The position numbers were made by a program, and so were the translations under genes. A stretch of DNA of 64,000 bases, taken from positions 2,560,001-2,624,000 of the forward strand of contig CP067995.1 of the NCBI GenBank assembly GCA_045159875.1, in the 5' to 3' direction. Origin of the DNA: a cyanobacterium endosymbiont of Rhopalodia gibba. GTDB lineage: Bacteria; Cyanobacteriota; Cyanobacteriia; Cyanobacteriales; Microcystaceae. Under the pieces are notes generated by a model. It saw only the letters and a program-made list of their open reading frames with translations. It was not told the origin of the DNA and made no database searches. This document shows positions 45,064 through 57,138 of this stretch, one piece after another (position 1 is the stretch's first letter; the number at the start of each line of letters is the position of its first letter).

Positions 45064-45999
45064 ATGAATACCGAAAAGTGGACTGAGACCATTAAACAAA
45101 AAATTCTAGAGCTAGGTTTCCATAAAGTCGGAATTGCTAATGTCGATAGCCAATTTAATGATACTGCAACCACTCACCTAAAACGTTGGTTAGCATTGGG
45201 GTATCATGCCGATATGGCTTGGATGTTCAACCCGAAACGGCTCAACATTCGGGACTATATGCCTCAGGTAAAATCAGTTATCTGTGTCGCCCTTAATTAT
45301 TACACGCCTCATCAACGTCCCGAAGGGAAAGAATACGGCAAAATCTCCCGTTATGGGTGGGGGCGAGATTATCATAATATTATGAACAAAAAGCTAAAAG
45401 CCTTCAGTCAGTACCTAGAAGCGCAAGAGAGTTCAATTAAAACTCGCTATTATGCTGACACAGGGGCAATACAAGATAAAGTTTGGGCGCAACGGGCTGG
45501 AATTGGCTGGATTTCTAAAAATAGCAATCTAATCACCCGCGAGTATGGAAGTTGGGTGTTTTTAGGGGAAGTGTTAACTAATTTAACCTTAATTCCTGAT
45601 ACTCCTCACACTCAACACTGCGGGACATGCACTCGCTGTCTAAAAGCCTGTCCGACAGGGGCCATTGTTCAACCTTTTGTAGTAGATGCCAATCGCTGTA
45701 TCGCCTATCATACCATTGAAAACAGTCAAGCAACCTTACCAGAAGCGATCACCTATAACCTGAAGGGATGGGTCGCGGGATGTGATATCTGTCAAGATGT
45801 TTGTCCTTGGAATCAACGCTTTGCGCAAGAAACGAATATTATTGATTTTGAACCATATCCTCAAAATATTGCTCCAAAACTAACAGAACTAGCCAACATT
45901 TCCCTCAAAGCTTGGGATAATCATTTTAGAGCTTCAGCATTACGAAGGCTCAAATGGGAGAGATTGCGACGTAATGCTCGTGCTAGTCTAGGTAAATGA
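45064..45999 (+). CDS. queG: tRNA epoxyqueuosine(34) reductase
   Basis: ISRYGWGRDYH, GSWVFLGE, CGTCTRCLKACPTGA, CIAYHTIE, GCDICQDVCPWN. Confidence 0.96.
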   Translation: MNTEKWTETIKQKILELGFHKVGIANVDSQFNDTATTHLKRWLALGYHADMAWMFNPKRLNIRDYMPQVKSVICVALNYYTPHQRPEGKEYGKISRYGWGRDYHNIMNKKLKAFSQYLEAQESSIKTRYYADTGAIQDKVWAQRAGIGWISKNSNLITREYGSWVFLGEVLTNLTLIPDTPHTQHCGTCTRCLKACPTGAIVQPFVVDANRCIAYHTIENSQATLPEAITYNLKGWVAGCDICQDVCPWNQRFAQETNIIDFEPYPQNIAPKLTELANISLKAWDNHFRASALRRLKWERLRRNARASLGK

Positions 46000-46049
46000 G
46001 AAATCAAACATGCTCCTACTCCAGACGCTACCATCCATAATACTCAAAA

Positions 46050-46520
46050 TCAATAAGAACGATTTTATGCGGGACCTAGCGGATAATTATCACATTTTTG
46101 TTTAGATTTCCAAAAGTTTACCGGGAGAATTTAGCTACAAATCAGTTAACCGTCAAAAACGAGAACAACTCAAAAATTTAAGGACTAAAGATTCTATTAA
46201 AAGGTCAGAGATTCTTTTATTTTTCTATAAAAACATAGAACACAATCAAGCAGTTAATACTAATTAATAACATTATTCATGGTTTTTTAAAAAAAAAAGG
46301 CTATTTTACCGTAATTGTCACGTTCAAATATTTAGATTATATAAGGTTGAGTCAAACTTATTCCCATACATTTGAGATTTAATTATTTAAAAATTTCAGA
46401 TATGTATCAACTCAGTTACATCAATTAACCAATCTCATGAATTAATTGATGTAGTTGAACAATGTATTCGGAATTAACAGTAAGTGTTTGAGTTATGTTA
46501 GGGCTACCTACTTAGGTTGT
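46050..46520 (+). pseudogene. HAD-family hydrolase relic
   Basis: Degenerate DxDGTLAD (..FYAGPSG/GTxAD), then LPGEFSYKSVNRQKREQLKNLRTKDSIKRSEI, directly after queG. Confidence 0.55.
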
Positions 46521-46989
46521 TCTAGGTAAACGTTGTTATATCGAACTTATGATTTAAAATTAATTAGCAAAATGCCAGATTCAGAAACTTCGGAGTTAAA
46601 AATTGACTAGATTCCTAAATCTATAAGCTTTCCTTTTAATTAACTACAATTTCTTGTGAGAATCTTCTATTATTCCTTGAGTTAATTGTTTGTAAAAATA
46701 GGCAGTAATTTCTTTATCTTAAAGCATAATTATCCACATTTTTTACCAGAATGAATACAACAATGATACTAAATTAAGCAGCTAGTTTTAATAGTCCTGA
46801 TACCAAGTACTATTTCTCTATAATAACTATTTTGTATTTCTCTTTTGATTAAGATTTTCTTAGAGATCGGTGAAGTTTTATACATCTAAATATAATTTAT
46901 GCATATAGATTATATATAAAATATTCTTATTTAATTAATTTTGACAAAAACTAGTTTCACCACTTATAGAAGTTTTTTATTGTCTTTTT

Positions 46990-47390
46990 AAATTATGATA
47001 TATAAATAATAGCTAACCAGAGATTTGTGTCGTTTATCTAGATAAACGACACAAATCTCTTCTACAGCGTCGCGGAGTATTCTATATACTTATCAATCTA
47101 AGTGTGTTCTATCGAGAATTATTATGTGGACCGTAAGGAAACCTATTGTAATAAATTACAATTTCTTCTGCCCTACACCTGATTACTGACAATCTAATAG
47201 CACCAGCTCTACTTTTTAATATTTGAAAAACTTTTTAAGCTTTACTTAACTTAAATAAAGTCTTTTCATGCTTTAACTTAAAAAATATCCTTAAACGAGG
47301 AGATGATATTAGTTAATCAGAGTTCTTACAGCTGGCTATGCCAACATACTTTGGGATATGTTTGTGGAAATAACTTTTAAACGGAAAACA
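46990..47390 (-). repeat. Decayed dispersed repeat copy A (inverted paralog of about 60080-60470; probably an IS relic)
   Basis: Reverse complement aligns by eye with 60080-60470, e.g. attaaaaagtagagctggtgctattagattgtcag vs attaaaaaatagagctagtaccactatattgtcag, and gaatactccgcgacgctgtagaaga vs gaatgctccgcgaagctgtagaaga. Confidence 0.8.
47019..47060. repeat. Perfect 42-bp palindrome, no loop
   Basis: agagatttgtgtcgtttatct|agataaacgacacaaatctct. Confidence 0.95.
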
Positions 47391-47802
47391 TGTACTAACA
47401 TAGCATTGCTTAATTTATACCAAAATTATTACGAAGTTTATCAAAACTATTAAAGTTTAAATAATAGGACTCTTTTAAGAAAATAACAATAGTAAAAAAT
47501 AAGTTTAATCAGAGATATAAAAAGGGTGAGCATCAAGCATAATTCTGTTTATCATAGTTGAAGTTGTTAAGGTAAGAAATATCTACCAATAATTTTAACA
47601 AAGTTAAGTTTAATTTAAATTAAATAGCTTAAAAGTTATTAAAATTCTCTTTTTTTAGTCAAAATAAAGTATATGATCTTATTTACTGGATATAATTTTA
47701 TTTAAGCAACTACTTCCTAAAGACAATAACTTTAAGACAATCAAAAAAAAGCTTGAAGCAATACTATAATCAAGTCTTATTCAATAAATACTGGAGAACT
47801 TT

Positions 47803-49342
47803 ATGAAACTCGCTTACTGGATGTATGCTGTCCCTGCACACATTAGAACTCTAAGAATTGCTAGTTTCTTCAAAAACGTCAATGCAATCATGCACGCCCC
47901 CTAGGCGATGATTACTTTAAGGTAATGCGTTATATGTTGGAAAGCAAGAGGGACTTGACCCCTGTTACCGCTAGCATTGTAGCTCGTAATGTCTTGGCAC
48001 AAGGTTCCCAAGAAAAGGTAATTGATAATATCCTTCGGAAAGATCAGGAAGAAAACCCAGATTTGATTATGCTAACGCCGACTTGTACCTCTAATATCTT
48101 ACAAGAAGATTTAGCGAATTTTGTAGAGCGTGCCCAAATAGATACGAAAGGAGATGTGAGGTCAGCTGATGTTAATCATTATCCTTATAATGAACGGCAA
48201 GCAGTAGACAGAACCTTGCTTGCATTAAGTCATTAAATTTTATCTAGAAAAAGTTTCAAAAAAAGGTGAATTACCTTAGAAAAAACCTGAGAAGCCTTCT
48301 GTTAATATTATGGGAATATCTCCACTAGGTTTCCATAACAAACATGACTGTACTGAGCTAAAACGATTAATGAAAGATTTAGGAATTGAAATTAATGGAG
48401 TAATTCCCGAAGATGTATCAGTTCACGACCTAAAAAACCTACCAAAAGCGTGGTTTAATTTAGTTCCTTATCCAGAATTCGAATTGATAGCAGCTCAATA
48501 TTTACAAGAAAAATTTGGAACTTACTATGTAGATATTCCCCCAACGGGAATGGTATAAACAGCACGGTGTATCCGGACAATTCAATAGGTAATTAATCAA
48601 CAAGGTGCTAATGTTGATTATAAAGACAATATCAGAGAACAAACTCTTCATATTTCCCAGTCCGCTTGGTTTTCTCGTTCTATTGATTGTCAGGATTTAA
48701 CGGGGAAAAAAGCAGTAGTATTTAGGGACAATACTCATGCAGCAGCAATAACTAAAATCCTCACATGGGAGATGGGAATTAATATGATTTCAGCAGGGAC
48801 CTATTGTAAATAGGACGGAAAATGGTTCACAGAACAAGTGAGTGAATATTGCGAGCAGGTTTTAATTAGTGATGATAATGCAGAAGTTAGTGATGCAACC
48901 GCTCGTCTGAAACCTTCTGCTATTTTTGGAACACAAATGGAACGTCATATTAGGAAGCGCTTAGATATTCCTTATGGAGTAATTGCCTCGCCTATTCATA
49001 TTCAGAATTGATTTTACCATTGGTTACAAACTTTTCTGCGGTTATGAAGGGACAAATAAAATCATAGATCTAATTTATAATTCTTTTACTTCGGGAATGA
49101 AAGCGCATCTCTTAGAGATCTTTAGGGGACATGATACTAAAGAAGTTATTACGAAAGGAATTTCTACTAATTCCGATTTGAATTGGAATCAAGCAGCACA
49201 AGCAAAATTAAATCAAATTCCTAGTTTTGTACGAGATAAAGTAAAATGTAATACTGAACAGTTTGCTAGGGAACATAAATTTTCTACAATTACTCTTGAG
49301 CTTGAGGTGATGTACTCTTCTAAAGAGTCGGTAGAAGTTTGA
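47803..49342 (+). pseudogene. chlB: Light-independent protochlorophyllide reductase subunit B pseudogene
   Basis: [19 protein letters not shown], then a -1 frameshift in a C-run (about 47900); [51 protein letters not shown]; several in-frame stops (e.g. 48556, 48811) and frameshifts; full length retained. Confidence 0.97.
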
Positions 49343-49379
49343 TTAATATAAGGTTTGCATTATACATCTCATCTCTACA

Positions 49380-49600
49380 TATAAAGTTAGATTAAGGTGT
49401 TATTTTTAACCAAAATACTTTTTTATATAAATAGTTGAGAATTTAAGCCAATTATCAGCAGGTATCATAATTTTATGTGAAAGACTGGGTTAATGCCACT
49501 CTTCTTATCCTACTTCATCCTAATTTAGGTCTACCTAAAAGATCTTTGAAAAGCATCCTGAAAGATGCTCAACTAACTGAAGAAGATTTGGGTTAGTCAC
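49380..49600 (+). pseudogene. Possible HicA-family toxin relic
   Basis: Ends ..HPNLGLPKRSLKSILKDAQLTEEDL, like the HicA C-terminus (DLPxGTLxSILxxAxL); upstream part broken. Confidence 0.5.
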
Positions 49601-49913
49601 AATACACTGTTAACAGTCTAATTATTAGACAATACATCTGTGTACTATGTTTAAAATCAACATTATTTCCTCATTAGTACTTTTTTAAAAAAACATTAAT
49701 TTTTAAATTATCAAAAAGTATTTTTAATACTTAAGAGAAAAATTAAAGTAAACATAATTGTAGTATTCATTACCTTTTTTAAGGTAAATTAATAGTGAGT
49801 TGCCGGTCTTATTCCTAAAGTATCTTCATGATTTGCCACTTAACTTAAGTTATCAAACAAACTAAGCTAGTTGTTTCATAACCCATTAATTAAATTTTTC
49901 TTCTTCTAAGACT

Positions 49914-49952
49914 TCATTGTCTAATTAGAAATATTTTCTAATTAGACAATGA
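49914..49952. repeat. Perfect inverted repeat, 18-bp arms, 3-nt loop; each arm contains its own palindrome tctaattaga
   Basis: tcattgtctaattagaaa-tat-tttctaattagacaatga. Confidence 0.95.
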
Positions 49953-50287
49953 TTATTAAAGCTTCATTTATTTGATAGCAAAACTATTAAACATAAATTA
50001 TGTTTTTTATATTTAATATCCCAAATTTTTTTAAGGTAAATAATTACGGACACTTTCGTAAGTTTTTACTTTAAAAGCAGTCTCCAGTACCCTAAGTAAA
50101 AATAACTGTTAATTACTTTAATATCTGATTTATACTGCCTATATATTATAGCAATTATTTTTTTTAAAAAATGAAATCTTGAGATTTCTATTATGATGTT
50201 CTTGTTTATATAAACAGTTAGCATGGCAGTGTCTTGACGAGGACAGGACTTTTTCAGTCGATTCACTCTACGGTAAATTTGTTACCC

Positions 50288-50331
50288 ACTTTCAACCTTT
50301 TATTAAAAAATCTTAATAAAAGGTTGAAAGT
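50288..50331. repeat. Perfect inverted repeat, 19-bp arms, 6-nt loop
   Basis: actttcaaccttttattaa-aaaatc-ttaataaaaggttgaaagt. Confidence 0.95.
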
Positions 50332-50618
50332 TTCGTAAATTGAATGCTATCCATCAAACTCTGAGTTACGTACAAATAAACTTTTATCCTTAGGAAGATC
50401 TGGTTTTTTTTAAAAAAAAATAATTAAGTTTTGATTGGCTAATATCTTAATTATTTTTATATATTTTTTTCGTTATCATGCTATAGCAAAGCTAATTCTG
50501 ATTTAGTTCTATCTAAAAATAAATTTAAAAATTTTTAATTCTCAATCTTGTTACTACTGTCGTTTACTAGAGTCACTATACATCAATCAATGGCTTAAAA
50601 TGATTATTATTTTCTAGA

Positions 50619-52094
50619 TTATCCATCTAAATTACCTTCCATGACCGCAACAACAGCAGAATTTGTATCGTCTTTAAATTCTTTCATGCTAATATGTTTT
50701 AACAAAAAAATTACCCAAACTATCCCTATTCCTTGCGCAACAAACACTAATCCGTAAGCCAAAAAAGAATTAGAATAAAATACCTTTCCTAAGTTTAAAA
50801 CTGCTCCTCCTAAAATGGTGGCAAAACCCCTCGCCATTGACTGGGCTAACCCCCAAGCTCCCATAAATGTTCCGGCAGTTTCTGCTGTGGTTAGCTCTAA
50901 CATTCAACCTGTTGCTCCTGCAATTAAAACTCCTGATGCTAGTCCAAAAAAGAGTACCCCAGACTTCAATAAACTTTGACTTTCTATCCCACCAGCTAAA
51001 ATAATTAACCCAAAACAAAATATTGATAAAAAACAGCTTAATTTTGTGGTTTGTTGCTTTCCTAAACGAGGAACGACTAAAAAACCGATTGAACTGATAC
51101 CCAATAGGGTTCCTATGCCATAAAATGCATTTAATTGGGTAGTTTCAGAAATACACATTCCGAATACCTCACCCCCATAAGGTTCAAGTACCGTATCCTG
51201 CATAAATAAACTGAGGGTAAACGTCAATAAAAAACTAAAAAACAACCAAGTTTGACGATTAATAGTCAAAATTCTCATTGCTCTTCCTAAGGTAATTTGA
51301 CCTTCCCGTTCAACTGTCATTGCTCGCAAACTAAACCGAGAATATCGTTTTTCTATTCCCCAAGTCGCTACAAAGCACAACCCTAATACCGCTGCAGGCA
51401 TAATAATAAATACGGGGGTAACAGTTGCTTGTAGGGCGGAAATATCAACTATTTGAGCGGTTGCCGTTGAATTGTGAGATAGAATGGCGTTTCCACAAAT
51501 ATTGGGGCTATTAAGCAATTTTGAGCTAATAATTGCTCCAACGATAATACCCACTATCAACATTGACCAAACAATACTGATTAGTTGGGAACGGTTATCC
51601 TCATCAGAAATATCCACCAACATTGCTGCAAAGGGAGTACTACTAAAACTTAAAGCTAAGCCATAGAGAGCAAAAATAACTCCCAACAGGACGGACCAAG
51701 TACAAGTCGTTACACTCCATTCCGTCTCTTTCAAGCTAAATCCTAACTGCCAAACTCCTTGTAAAGCAATAAAGGCTAAGGAAGTAAATAAAATTGCGCC
51801 GATCTAGACATAACTGGTGCGATTATAGCCCCAGATTTTTTTTGTATCGGACATTTGTCCAAACCCAACTTTAGCCGGACTAACAAACTGATACATGGCG
51901 ATTGCCGTCCCTGCTATCCACGGCAATACAGTCAATTCATCCATTATGATTCGGTTAAGAATTCCTAAAGTTAACAAAGACATAATACCTAACCCCATCT
52001 GGAATAATCCTAGACGAAACATGGTAAAGAGGTTCAGTCTAGGGAAGGATTTGTGGGGTATTGGTTGAGGAATTGTAAGACGGTTGCTAGCCAT
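50619..52094 (-). pseudogene. pucC: BCD-family (PucC-like) MFS transporter, two in-frame stops
   Basis: ORFs 51804-52094, 50904-51734 and 50619-50903 share one frame, broken only by TAG (51804-51806, W codon) and TGA (50904-50906); motifs MFRLGLFQMGLGIMSLLTLGILNR, LEPYGGEVFGM, AGTFMGAWGLAQ. Confidence 0.9.
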
Positions 52095-52484
52095 GTTAGT
52101 TATTTTTGACAGATGTAAAATATGTCTATGACTGGATAAACCCTTTTGATTCTATCAAAAACTTTTGTAAAAACGAAGTTAAGTTATAAGAAAATTGAAG
52201 GAAAGAAAAAAAAGCAGTATTAAAGCAGTATTTAGTAAAACTTGGTATTGTAAATATACAATTTAATTCCGATTTTACTGGGGTATTTCGTACTCTAAAT
52301 CTCTCTTAGCAGAAGATTAGAATAGCCTTATTATTCTGTTTGCTAATTGACAGTATTTATTAAAGATAAAAGATGCTGTTTCTTTTCGAAAAAGGTAAAT
52401 TTTTAACAATTGCAATTGCTTTTTATGTTTTAACTTTTTGAGAGATGAGAAAAGTTTATTCATCATTAGGGTTTTACCCATTAC

Positions 52485-52532
52485 TAAAAAGTATTTTTTA
52501 GTCTAGTTAACTAGATTAAAAAATACTTTTTA
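52485..52532. repeat. 48-bp palindrome with 1 mismatch, no loop
   Basis: taaaaagtattttttagtctagtt|aactagattaaaaaatacttttta. Confidence 0.92.
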
Positions 52533-52907
52533 TAGAGTTTATGTCTCTGAACAAGATGTTAGTCTAATAGATTAAATTACGATAAAAATTTTACACTAGT
52601 CTCATAGTAAAGCATTATAGAGTTTTTAAAAGCTTAGTTAAATGTGTATAAAATTTGGTAAGATAGCATTACAAATTTAAGCTGTATTTAAGTATGAAAA
52701 TTGTGGTAAGTTATTAGCTTCTAGGTTAACTCCAGACGATACATACAGATAATCATATATTTATGAGTGGACATAATATTTAATTAACAAATAATTTATA
52801 CCTTAAGGATATATTTTTCAAATTTTTTTAAAAAAAAAATTGAATCAGTAAAAACTTAAATTAGCTATTTTCACCAACAGAATATGAGACAAGAATCAAT
52901 CAACCTG

Positions 52908-52958
52908 ATTATTTATTTAATAATTATTTTTCTGAAAAATAATTATTAAATAAATAAT
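52908..52958. repeat. Perfect inverted repeat, 25-bp arms, 1-nt loop
   Basis: attatttatttaataattatttttc-t-gaaaaataattattaaataaataat. Confidence 0.93.
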
Positions 52959-53229
52959 ATTTCTATATATAAACTTTCATTCAATAATATTTTTTTATGC
53001 ATAAATTAACTTCTAGACTAGAAATTAATAAGAAGGATAAATATTATATTTTTTCTTTATATAGTTTTATTTTTGCTTTAGCTAAATCATTTACATACAA
53101 AAAAATATCATCGATAATAATGACTGCATCTATTTTTTTAGAAGAAATTACCTTTTTTTCTCTTTTAAACTACCTATAAATATATTATAGTCGTATTTAA
53201 TTTATATTTTTTATATATATTTAGTCCCT

Positions 53230-54320
53230 ATCTTTTTAATATAGATTACATCAAACTAATGATGTAAAATTAATTAGTGAAATGCCAAGTCAAGAGATTT
53301 TGGAGATAGAGATTGATAATTTCTCTGAGTTTGTAACTTTTTAAAATTTTAATTAATAATTAATGATTAATAATTACTATTATTTTTCAAGCATAAAGTT
53401 TTTTTATAAAAAAAATTGTGGTTAAAATAAATCAACTTTTTTACACTAATTAGGCAACTATAATAGTTCTAGTCCCCATTCTAAATCGTTGCAAAAAATA
53501 GTTTTAAATTACTCTTGTATTTAATAAGTAAATTCTTTTGATGACTAGTGACGTTTTATCTACCTACTTTAATTTAGCTTTTCATTTTCTGCTTAAATCT
53601 TATTTTTTAATTTAAAAAATATTTATTGTTATTTAATAACAATAGTTAAAACAAATTAATATTTTAAATTTTTGGGGCTTGCTATTTAAGTTTTTTTAGT
53701 AATTCAATTAATAATCAACTTGTTTTATTACATAAAATATCTCTGCTACTACTTTAGTCTATGGCACTAATTTATTTAAAACATTCTGATATGGTTGTTC
53801 AAGATCTATACTGATCTCTTCAATCTTGATCGAAATCTTTTTTTTCTAAGCTTCTAGCTCTTTTACAAGCTCTTCATATATTTCGATTTCTATAATTCCT
53901 GCGCTCATTTCTTTATTTAAATTCTTAATCTAACTATTATGGGATCTCTTCAATAATTTTTTTATTTGTAAAATAGACTGACTTTTCTATGTTTTTTATA
54001 TGAATTACATTTTATTTAATGAAGATTAATCTTGAGATAGATAGCCTTTTCAAAAAAAATAAATTTTTAATAGTTAAAATTATTAAAACAAATCTTTGAT
54101 AAAGTTTTTTTATAGTTAAACAACTGTAAATATAAATCACTATTAAATCTATTGTTCCGAAAACCTAAACTAAGTTCAGTGTTTGATACTACAATAGGTA
54201 TAAATAAAGTAAAGGCATTGAGTTTAACACAATTTAATTCAAAGATGAAACCTGCAAAAGTATCAGCTATGTAATAATTACAGCTTTTAATAAAAACTAT
54301 GATTAACAATTCAACTTAGT
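53230..54320 (-). mobile_element. Decayed ISL3-family transposase relic
   Basis: Minus strand at about 53730-53827 reads KIEEISIDLEQPYQNVLNKLVP*TKVVAERYF, matching ISL3 IEEVSIDLxxPYxxxxxxxxPxAxVVADRFH; outer limits uncertain. Confidence 0.72.
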
Positions 54321-54984
54321 TTTGATATTTTAATCTTTATCTAGTAAGTCGAGTAAAATCGTTTCTATTTAGCTTTTTTTAATGTAAAATAGCTGCAAAT
54401 GTAGGCTAAGAGTTCGGGACAGCTGTAATATTTAGTTAAATAACTTACTACACTTATATCAAAAGTCTTTAGTAGATTTTGATATTCCTGATTAAGGGTT
54501 AAAAATAACTATGATTTTAGTACATTGACTCTCATCTATAAGAATTTTACATAGACGGCTCTTTTTTGCTCAGAGAATTACACAATCTTTAGCAACTTAT
54601 TTAGAAAGTACATATTGATTTTGTCGTATAGTGTCATGTTTAACGTCTTAGGAATTGAGATTAATCATCGTTATTTTTAACTTTCTATTTGAGTAATAAT
54701 CCGACGTATATCTTAACTTCTAAAAGCTCGAGATAAGCTTACCTAAATAGTAACATTCTTGCGACATTATTCTATAAATTGCTCAGTTTCCATGTTTTTA
54801 CTATGTTAAGAGTTTGATGATGGCAAGAAAGCCTGCACAGATGCGACAGTCTAAGGAGGAGACAAAAATACTATATCTATACCCCTGGTTTTAAGGAGCA
54901 GGGAGAATTAGTTCGGAGATTTTAGATAGACTCGATTTATTTTGTCTATTGTACCTATTGAATAAATATATTTTGAGGAAATGT

Positions 54985-55584
54985 TCATGGCTGAGTTGAT
55001 GGATAAATAGGATGTTTATTCAATATGCCCAGTCGGTTAAACGGCCAAAAACGCACAAAGGCTTTACCAATAATTTTCTCTTTCGGCACATGTCCCCAGT
55101 AATGAGAATCGTAACTGTTATTACGATTATCTCCTAAAACTAGATATTGCCTTTCAGGAACTGTAACCGGACCGTAATCATAGTTAGGATCTTCGGAAAT
55201 GTATTTTTCTTTGATAGCTTGACCATCAACATAGACCTTTCCTGTTTTCACCTCAATGGTTTCTCCAGGTAACCCTATTACTCGTTTAATAAACGCATCG
55301 CGAAAATCTTTCTCCTGAAGAGCTTTTGTTGGGTTGAATACTACCACATCCCCCCGCTTGGGTTCTTGGAAATGATAGCTAACTTTTTCGATAATAAGGC
55401 GATCATTGACCTGTAGAGTCGGTTCCATAGAGGATGAAGGAATATAACGAGCTTCTGCCACAAATGCGCGAATGCCAAAGGCCAAAATAGCTGCTGTGGC
55501 TATAGTTTTAATGCCTTCAATCCAAGGGTTTTCTTGGGAAGACTGATTTGGATTGTTAGTCTCTTGTTTCAAGCTTCGAGCCAT
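54985..55584 (-). CDS. lepB: Signal peptidase I
   Basis: IPSSSMEPTL..DR, FIKRVIGLPG, LGDNRNNSYDSH. Confidence 0.97.
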   Translation of the reverse strand: MARSLKQETNNPNQSSQENPWIEGIKTIATAAILAFGIRAFVAEARYIPSSSMEPTLQVNDRLIIEKVSYHFQEPKRGDVVVFNPTKALQEKDFRDAFIKRVIGLPGETIEVKTGKVYVDGQAIKEKYISEDPNYDYGPVTVPERQYLVLGDNRNNSYDSHYWGHVPKEKIIGKAFVRFWPFNRLGILNKHPIYPSTQP

Positions 55585-55737
55585 AGGAGTTATTAATATA
55601 AAAACAAGGAATTACAAGACATAGGGATAAGAAACTTTTAAAGTAAAGGTTATTCGCTTTTTAGTTTGGCGATATTCAAAACAGTGGCAAGATTGAATTA
55701 TTCTCAGAATTTATTTAGGTCTACCAATACTCATACT

Positions 55738-57048
55738 ATGATACAACTCCTTATTCGTCACGCTCGGATTCTCTTGCCTGATGGTCAGTTTCTTTTCGGG
55801 GATGTTTTACTCCGAGACGGAAAGATTTTCAAAGTAGCTTCAGAAATTATTACACCGGAACCCAGCATTTTCATAGACGCAACGGGGCTAACTTTGTTGC
55901 CTGGGGTGATTGATCCTCAAGTCCATTTCCGTGAACCTGGATTAGAACACAAAGAAGACTTTTTTACCGCTACTTGTGCGTGTGCTAAGGGGGGAGTCAC
56001 TTCTTTTCTAGAAATGCCTAACACTTATCCATTAACCATTACTCAAGAAGCTTTAGATGATAAACTACACAGAGCTGCCCAGAAATGTCTGGTCAATTAT
56101 GGTTTTTTTATCGGTGCTACCATCGACAATTTACCTGATTTATTAATAGCTAATCCTACCTGTGGCATTAAAATCTTCATGGGGTCAGCACATGGGAGCT
56201 TATTAGTAAGTCGAGAAGCTGAATTAGAACCAATTTTTGCAAAAGGAACCCGATTGATTGCAGTTCATGCCGAAGATCAAGCTAGAATCATTCAACGTCG
56301 TCAAGAATTTTCTAATATTATTCATCCAGCCATACACTCTCAAATTCAAGATGAAAAAACTGCCTTTAACGCGACAAAATTAGCCCTAAAATTGTCAAAT
56401 AAATATCAACGACGATTGCATATTCTCCATCTTTCTACAGGAATTGAAGCAGAATTATTACGAAATAATAAACCTCATTGGGTAACAGCAGAAGTAACCC
56501 CCCAACATTTATTACTTAATACGGAAGCCTATGACAAAATAGGAACATTAGCTCAAATGAACCCACCCTTGCGGTCACCTGAAAACAATGCTATTCTTTG
56601 GCGGGCTTTGTTAGATGGGATAATTGACTTTATCGCTACCGATCATGCTCCTCATACTCTAGAGGAAAAAGCTAAAGGTTATCCCAATTCTCCTTCAGGT
56701 ATGCCGGGGGTAGAAACATCTTTACCCTTAATGTTAACTCAAACTAAATTAGGACACTGTAGTATTTCTCAAGTGGCTAATTGGATGTCTACTGCCGTTG
56801 CCAAGTCCTATAAAATTCCCAATAAAGGGTTAATTAAACCAGGGTACGATGCTGATTTAGTGCTAGTTGATTTAGAAAATTATGTCCCTGTTAAACGAGA
56901 AAATTTACAAACTAAATGTGGTTGGAGTCCTTTTGAAGGATGGGAGTTAACCGGATGGCCAATAGTAACAATTGTTGGGGGACAAGTAGTTTATGAAAGG
57001 GGAAAACTAAACACTAACGTTCGAGGAAACTCCTTAAAATTTGAATAA
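55738..57048 (+). CDS. pyrC: Dihydroorotase
   Basis: PGVIDPQVHFREPG, EMPNT, HAED, EVTPQHL, MNPPLR, ATDHAPH; ATG at 55738 preferred. Confidence 0.93.
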   Translation: MIQLLIRHARILLPDGQFLFGDVLLRDGKIFKVASEIITPEPSIFIDATGLTLLPGVIDPQVHFREPGLEHKEDFFTATCACAKGGVTSFLEMPNTYPLTITQEALDDKLHRAAQKCLVNYGFFIGATIDNLPDLLIANPTCGIKIFMGSAHGSLLVSREAELEPIFAKGTRLIAVHAEDQARIIQRRQEFSNIIHPAIHSQIQDEKTAFNATKLALKLSNKYQRRLHILHLSTGIEAELLRNNKPHWVTAEVTPQHLLLNTEAYDKIGTLAQMNPPLRSPENNAILWRALLDGIIDFIATDHAPHTLEEKAKGYPNSPSGMPGVETSLPLMLTQTKLGHCSISQVANWMSTAVAKSYKIPNKGLIKPGYDADLVLVDLENYVPVKRENLQTKCGWSPFEGWELTGWPIVTIVGGQVVYERGKLNTNVRGNSLKFE

Positions 57049-57138
57049 TTGATAATTAACTAGTTTTTCTCTTCATAGTAAGAACAATTAAAAATTATTA
57101 GCTTTTATTTTTTTTAGCTCAGTTATTTTTCCTACTCT

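Noticed and set aside
47925..49342. Three separate ORFs (103, 82 and 119 aa)
   Set aside because: Fragments of the single chlB pseudogene
50066..54309. Short ORFs 50066-50266, 52997-53179 and 54067-54309
   Set aside because: Low-complexity I/K/F/N-rich frames expected in AT-rich relic DNA; the last may belong to the ISL3 relic
54330..54910. Possible IS200/IS605 (TnpB) end, similar to 43210-43245
   Set aside because: Only faint resemblance (cccctggttttaaggagcaggg hairpin); insufficient to call
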